Below, one piece after another: positions 51,763 through 57,966 of a stretch of DNA of 57,966 nucleotides; within the stretch, counting starts at the first letter, position 1; each line of letters opens with the position of its first letter. A model generated the notes under the pieces. That model was not told where the DNA came from. It did not search any database and saw only the letters and a list, made by a program, of their open reading frames with translations. This stretch comes from Nemertoderma westbladi (lineage: Eukaryota > Animalia > Xenacoelomorpha), in contig JAUCBJ010005161.1 in assembly GCA_032718475.1 (NCBI GenBank), positions 1 to 57,966 of the forward strand. Direction: 5' to 3'. The position numbers were made by a program, and so were the translations under genes.

Positions 51763-53015
51763 CTAGAAAGGCATTTCCTAAAGGAAATGCAACCACGAAG
51801 CTAAGGAAAATTAAACACTCTTTGACTCATCAGTTCATTGATTTACCGAGTTAAAAGAACTCCCGGTATTGCCAAGGTAACTGGACTTTTCTAGAAATGC
51901 TGAGTTTTACATTAAGATCTAGTTTGTGGTTCCAGGTGACACATCGACTTCAAGGAAGCTTCATTGAGTAGTTTATGTGCAAAATTAATTATTAATTTGT
52001 TAAAAAGTCTGTTTGCAGTGGTTGTCAAGGTAACTGGCAAATAGAACAACGTAGATTGGATGCAGAATAAGTGATATTATGCTGGTAGGGGTTGGTCCCA
52101 AGTTATAATGCCTTTAACTTGTGTTTCTAATTATAATTTTTTAAATTATAACATCTGTTTCGCATGGTTACCAAGGTAACTGGATTTTCTAATTAACCAC
52201 AATTGGCTCCTCTAAGGACCTTCCTTATAGTTGAGTTGGGAAACCCAATATTTATATCTAATACAGTTTTCCTACAAACAAGAGTTAAAAATATAGACTT
52301 GAATGATATTGACTTTAATAAGCTCCAGTTACCATGGTAACTAGATATTTTTGCAATGTTTTGAGTTTCACTAAAAGTTCCAAATAGTGGTCCAGATAAC
52401 ACATACCCAGTTTTGTAAAATTTTATCGTGAAGTCTATCTCCAAATGAATAATTGTTGTATAAAAACATCTGTTTTCAGCGGTTGTCATGGTAACTGCAA
52501 AATAGAACAATCAAATTCGGGCGCAGAATAAGTTATATAGTGGGGGTAGGGATTGGTCCCAAGTCATCACACCTTAACCTTAGGCTTCAAATTAAAATTT
52601 TAAAAATTTTAACTTCTTTTTACCCCGGTTGCCAAGGAAACTGGATTTTCTATTTAACCTCAATCGGCTCTGCTATGGACCTTATAGTTGTGTTGAGAAA
52701 CCCCAAGTTTATATGTATTATAGTTTTCCTACAAAAAGAGTTACAAATATTGACTTGAAATACATAGACTTTTTTCTAAGTCCGTTGCCATGGAAACCAG
52801 ATTTCTCCTGGATATGAGACCCATCCCACACGACGCGCCTTGATGAGTTGTATATACATGCAAAATTTCAGGGTACTTTTAAAGGCTAGTTTTTTCACCT
52901 ATCAAAAAACACTAAATCTGCTCCATACAAGTAAAACAGCCCACTATGAATAGACCATCTCAGCTAAGGAAAATCTTTCTTAGCGAAAGTAGTTGATTTT
53001 CCTTAGCTTCGTGGA
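51763..53015 (-). mobile_element. Non-autonomous Helitron, copy 2, with empty site verifiable in the window
   Basis: 5'-TC...hairpin...CTAG-3' inserted between A and T with no TSD; empty site ggttgaa^tataaatgc at ~46513-46528. Confidence 0.93.
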
Positions 53016-54076
53016 TTCAACCAGAGGGCCCAACATAGAGTTAGGTAGGGGTCGGCTAGCTAGCTTGTTTTTGGCCTGTAGTTCTAGAATGCAAATTAGC
53101 TATACCGATCACCAACTGTGTTCTGACGTCTAACATGGTCCTCCATCCAAAAATAATAGTCTCGTTAATTTACCGAAGGTATTGCGCTTAACGCCGCCAG
53201 AGCCCGTACTATAACTACTGTACATCATTTGTAGGTACAGTCAGTAGCTACAAAGATTTGACTCTATAATTCAGCCATATTACAATTACAAAGCTACAGT
53301 ATAATTCAAATTTACCTCGTAGAATTCAGTGCTTTGATTGACAGTCCACAGTACAAAGTCCGCTTTTTATACACACACACGCCCGCTCCTACATGCAACA
53401 ATGCGTTACTGTTTTAATGACAAATCATATTAATGCGGAAATACATATATACCGGTACAACAGTTATAACGACAGTGTATTATACGTCTCATTATAATGT
53501 TTATGATACAGTATGTAGGAATTTTTACAGTATCTGTTTAATGAATACTACAATTTTGTTCTAGCACGTTTGAAAGTTTCAATACAAAAGTTATTGAGCA
53601 TCGCATCGTTTATTGTTTTGATTAGGAAATCTTGCCCCGCCCCCGGAGTGTTCCTTTCCTGCTAGTCACGTTTCAAATACCAACAAAGGCAATATACCTA
53701 ATCCTTCACAATAGACAAGACATCAATACAAGTTACTACTGTATTAATTCATTACGAGTTTGATCAGTTTTGTAAAGGCTACGGAGGGTAGTGTATTGTG
53801 GGTATATTATTTTGTTTATTTTTTGGGTTAGGGTTAGTTGGTCAGGCCTCAACCTTAGTTGAAACTGTCACATAACCCTAACCGTTAGTTATAATCTAAG
53901 AAATTCCGGTGAATTTATTTAAACTGCCCAAAAAAATGTTGGTGAATCGTGACATTCACCCCTTTTCCTTAATTTAGGAAAGTTCCTTTTCATCTCTGGG
54001 AGTGAATGACTAGCAATAGAATTAGCAGTAGGCCCAGGCCTGATCTGTTGTTTTCTTTTACATTGCCTCTGTACTG

Positions 54077-54400
54077 CTGTAGGAGCACCACCCCTGTAGG
54101 AGCACCACCCCTGTAGTAGCACCACCCCTGTAGGAGCACCACCCCAGTAGGAGCACCTCCCCTGTATGAGCACCACCCCTGTAGGAGCACCACCCCTGTA
54201 GGAGCACCACCCCTGTAGTAGCACCACCCCTGTAGGAGCACCTCCCCTGTATGAGCACCACCCCTGTAGGAGCACCACCCCTGTAGGAGCACCACCCCTG
54301 TAGTAGCACCACCCCTGTAGGAGCACCTCCCCTGTATGAGCACCTCCCCTGTATGAGCACCACCCCTGTAGGAGCACCACCCCTGTAGGAACACCACCCT
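54077..54400 (+). repeat. 17-bp minisatellite (aggagcaccacccctgt), ~19 copies
   Basis: Direct reading of the sequence. Confidence 0.93.
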
Positions 54401-55057
54401 TAACTCGATGGAAAATTTTCCATCCTGAACAAGGCCCTGTGAAATAAGTTAACACGTTTGTGTATGAAGTTGATTTCTTTAAGAAAGTTATTTAGATATT
54501 GTGCTAAATATAATTTAGGACCCATTATAATATTTTGTATGACAAAATTTACGAACAATTGATTATATTTTGGAAAGTAAAAGTTAAACATTACGTAATG
54601 TTACCGTGCCGTGTGTAGTGTACCCCCCCCCCCCCCCCCCCCCCCCTAAAAAATTATACAAATCTTTATCATATTGTTTGAAATTTAAATACAACTAGTT
54701 CAACTCAACGTGGATGTTTGTTTCCATTAATCCAGATTTATCGATTTTGTTTTTAAATTTTATATAACCGTTTTAAAAAAGTTTATTTTTATTTTGCAAA
54801 ATTACGATACTTCTTGCAATCTTTGAATGCCTATATCTCAACTGTTTCTCAACGAAATTCAGATATTTTTATATATTTCCAATCCTTGTTACGCACAAGC
54901 TTTCTATTGATATGAAAAATTATGACTATCGGAAATCGAAATTTCCGGTTTCATGTTAAAAACGACGGTAAGTTGAACTAGTTGTTTCCATTGGAGGTGT
55001 TCCATTAGTCTCCCCTGGTTTGACACTTGAACGGAATGAAAATAAAACGAAAGCGAA

Positions 55058-55308
55058 ACATTGCTTTCGCCGTGAGGACAAGCCAGTGCATAATCTCGTA
55101 CTTTGGCAGCCTCATGGAGTGAATAAGCATGGTGGACAGCCCATGACTTTCTTGAGACGCATCTTAAAGGACACTGGCCTTGAAGATGCGGACGATCTAG
55201 CAAATGTCATGGGTGATAGGGAGTTGTGGCGGTGCAATTTTGTCGATAAGCCGGCTCAGGAATCTTAATAATGCAGCTGGATTGCAGCATTCCGATCATT
55301 GTAGTAGT
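55058..55308 (+). mobile_element. 3'-terminal fragment of the same RTE LINE family
   Basis: HCFRREDKPVHNLVLWQPHG...ELWRCNFVDKPAQ nearly identical to the C-terminus of ORF 35077-36270; gtagtag tail. Confidence 0.92.
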
Positions 55309-56194
55309 TGTGCTTCAAATTTCAAGTTTCAAATTTCTATAAATATTTGTGGGTGGGGGGGGGGGGGGGGGGGGGGCAGTACGTGTCTTCAGAAAATTAC
55401 TCTATATTACGGGTAATGGATTATATATTATTATATTGTTATTGTATATTTTTCATGAGAATAATATTATATACCGGGGTACTGTTTTTCACTGGAATGT
55501 ATAATCTCGGCCTTTGAAAATTAAATCTTATTTTTATTAGATCTTTTTTTGCCTTCATTATAAATAATTGTCATAAACATTGGATTGGTATAACCCGGGA
55601 ATTTTATAATAAAATACCTACGTTATGCTATGCTATACTGTAGTAGCAGTGTAGTGTAACTAAATCTTATATATCTGAGCCAGGATCGTTAAAAACAGGG
55701 ATGGTCTTTGTTTGTTGATAACGCCACATTATAGCGGGAAATTTAAATTATCCAAAGAGCAAACCGGCTTTAACGACTCGCTTTAAGTTTTAGGGCATAC
55801 AGTAGGCCATCAGTCTGTCAGTATCAGTTGGCTGGCTGCACGCACAGATCATGTCTTCGTTCTACAGTAGTAGAAGTTTACTGCAACTGCAACTGTAGGC
55901 TACCGGTACTTTTTTTTATAAACATTCTGACATTGTAGTAAAAAATGAGAAGAGTGAATGAGAAGTAGGGCTGCAAGGCTACATTACATTATCGGAAGAA
56001 GATCGATTTATTGGTTAATCAAAGCATCCATATCGCATCACTTATTTAATATGGCCTAGGGGATAACAGGAAATGCAAAATTTTAAGGTAGAATGTGAAA
56101 CTGAAAAGGGGGTGTCTCCGAAAGTAATGTGAAACACACTGTAAGGTGACCAAAGGAATAGGCCCTAGTATTTGCCTATTAGTAATAACATGAA

Positions 56195-57032
56195 ATGAAA
56201 TCTTCTGCTGATCTGGGGAGAACGGACTTGAAAGGTGGGGCGCATCGGTCTACTGTCGAAGTCGATTCGCCCCAAGTCAATAACCCCCAAAAATCTGGGG
56301 CGATAGGAACTGGGGCAGGGGCGACTATTAGGTCGAGCAGCGATTCGACCCAAGTCAATAACCCCCAAAAATCTGGGGCGATAGGAACTGGGGCAGGGGC
56401 GACTAGTATTTGGTCGAGCAGCGATTCGCCCAAAGTCAATAACCCCCAAAAATCTGGGGCGATAGGAACTGGGGCAGGGGCGACTAGTATTTGGTCGAGC
56501 AGCGATTCGCCCAAAGTCAATAACCCCCAAAAATCTGGGGCGATAGGAACTGGGGCAGGGGCGACTATTAGGGCGAGCGGCGAATTGACCCACACCACTA
56601 CTATTAAGGTTGATTCGGATGCTGACAGCTGGGAATGCTCGGCCTGCACCTTTAAGAACCACCCGTCGCTTGTTCGTTGTGAGTTGTGCGAATACCCTCG
56701 GCAGCCGGAGGTGACCCATGAAATGTTGGAGAGGGAAGGAAAGGGGAGTTTAACACTGGATGAGAACCGCCCTCAGATTGACGCAGCAGCATCAGACCAA
56801 CTTGTAACCCATGGTTCTGAGCCTATTGTGTGCTCCATATGCCTTAAGAAGGCTGAATCAAAGAACTCTGTAGGGCTCATAATCCTTGAGAATTGTTTGC
56901 ACAACTTATGTCGTGATTGTCTAGTTAAACACAATATTCGTAATAGCATCAACAATTCTAAATGTCCGCTGTGCGATAAATATCTTAGTTTCAAGGATGA
57001 ATATGCGCTGATTAACGATCCTGAATTTCCAA
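56195..57032 (+). CDS. Exon encoding 26-27-aa repeats, a RanBP2/NZF zinc finger and a C3HC4 RING (HOIL-1/RBCK1-like module)
   Basis: WECSACTFKNHPSLVRCELC; CSIC...CLHNLCRDC...CPLC; splice donor A|GTAAGT at 57033; true start uncertain. Confidence 0.8.
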
Positions 57033-57689
57033 GTAAGTTTGCTTCCTTGTTAATTTACAGAATTTAATTGTGGGGTGAGCGTGAGCCTCGAAGTTGGCGG
57101 AGCCTTAGCGAACTGACACTGTTAGCAGAACGTGGGTAAATAATGGCAAATAGGCCTAGTTGTATATTATTGTAAACACTAAACAAAAAAATTTTAACCG
57201 AAAACTTTTGTAGAGCTCACCTCCATAATTCGTAAAAAATGGGTTTCAGACATAGTAGACTAGTAGCATTTTAACCGCAAACCTTGTTTCATTTAATGGT
57301 CGCAAGAGGGAGACTGGAAATTAGACATTTTTCGAAAAAACAAATGTTTGGCCATATTTTAACAGACCAGACTCGCAGACTGTATAAAATCAAAATATTT
57401 TAATATCAGTAGAAATTGTAGACATTTAAAAAAAAGTGTTCTGGGGGGATGTTACTCTGGCCTTAATAATATGAGTAAAAGTTGATACTTTCAGACACCA
57501 GTTCACGTAAGATATAATTCTTCATACTGTACATGTATATAATACTTGGTATTGTTCGTGTGCCTGGATGGGCAAAAATACGAGCAGTATAATGCTGAAG
57601 TCATACTTAGAACAATTAAATTGTCAGTAGAGTGAGATAACTTTATTATTATTACAGTATTATAATTATTTATTTATTTATTTTTACAG

Positions 57690-57966
57690 GGCAGAATACA
57701 ATGTTTACTACGAAGTATGCAGAAATATTAACAAAACATAAGTATATGTTAGTGGTGAATATGGAGGTTGATAATTTACTTCCGTTATTGCAGTCTAGAT
57801 TTGTAATAAACAGTTATATGGTAGAAGAAATACACTCCCAAATAACATCCTTGGAAAGGAATGACAAACTAATAGAGATTCTTAAGAGGAGACCTGTTAA
57901 AGATTTCTTTATATTCTGCGATTGTCTGAGGGAAACTAACCAAGGATATCTTGCGGACCAAATAAT
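57690..57966 (+). CDS. Exon encoding a CARD domain, in frame with the NZF-RING exon; runs off the window
   Basis: Acceptor tttttacag at 57681-89; open frame MFTTKYAEILTKHKYMLVVNMEVDNLLPLLQSRFVINSYMVEEIHSQITSLERNDKLIEILKRRPVKDFFIFCDCLRETNQGYLADQI matches the CARD consensus. Confidence 0.75.

Noticed and set aside
53919-54455. 178-aa ORF
   Set aside because: Translation of the 17-bp minisatellite

Overview
AT-rich, transposon-dense invertebrate-animal genomic window. It carries three intact, completely intronless housekeeping genes (PLK1, PLK4/SAK, mitochondrial RNA polymerase POLRMT), each with a 9-10-bp-direct-repeat-flanked (Mutator-like) element just upstream and a tract of short TA-bounded palindromes that resemble DNA-transposon excision footprints. 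Other contents: an F-box/LRR pseudogene; a decayed, spliced C2H2-zinc-finger tyrosine-recombinase (Crypton-like) gene split by an RTE LINE with a 12-bp TSD; two canonical non-autonomous Helitrons; hAT, Tc1/mariner-like and Harbinger-like MITEs; long palindromes; minisatellites. At the right edge is a spliced gene with an unusual repeat-NZF-RING-CARD architecture that runs off the window. The CARD exon and the recombinase are not visible in the supplied ORF track. All assignments are by eye, with no database searches.
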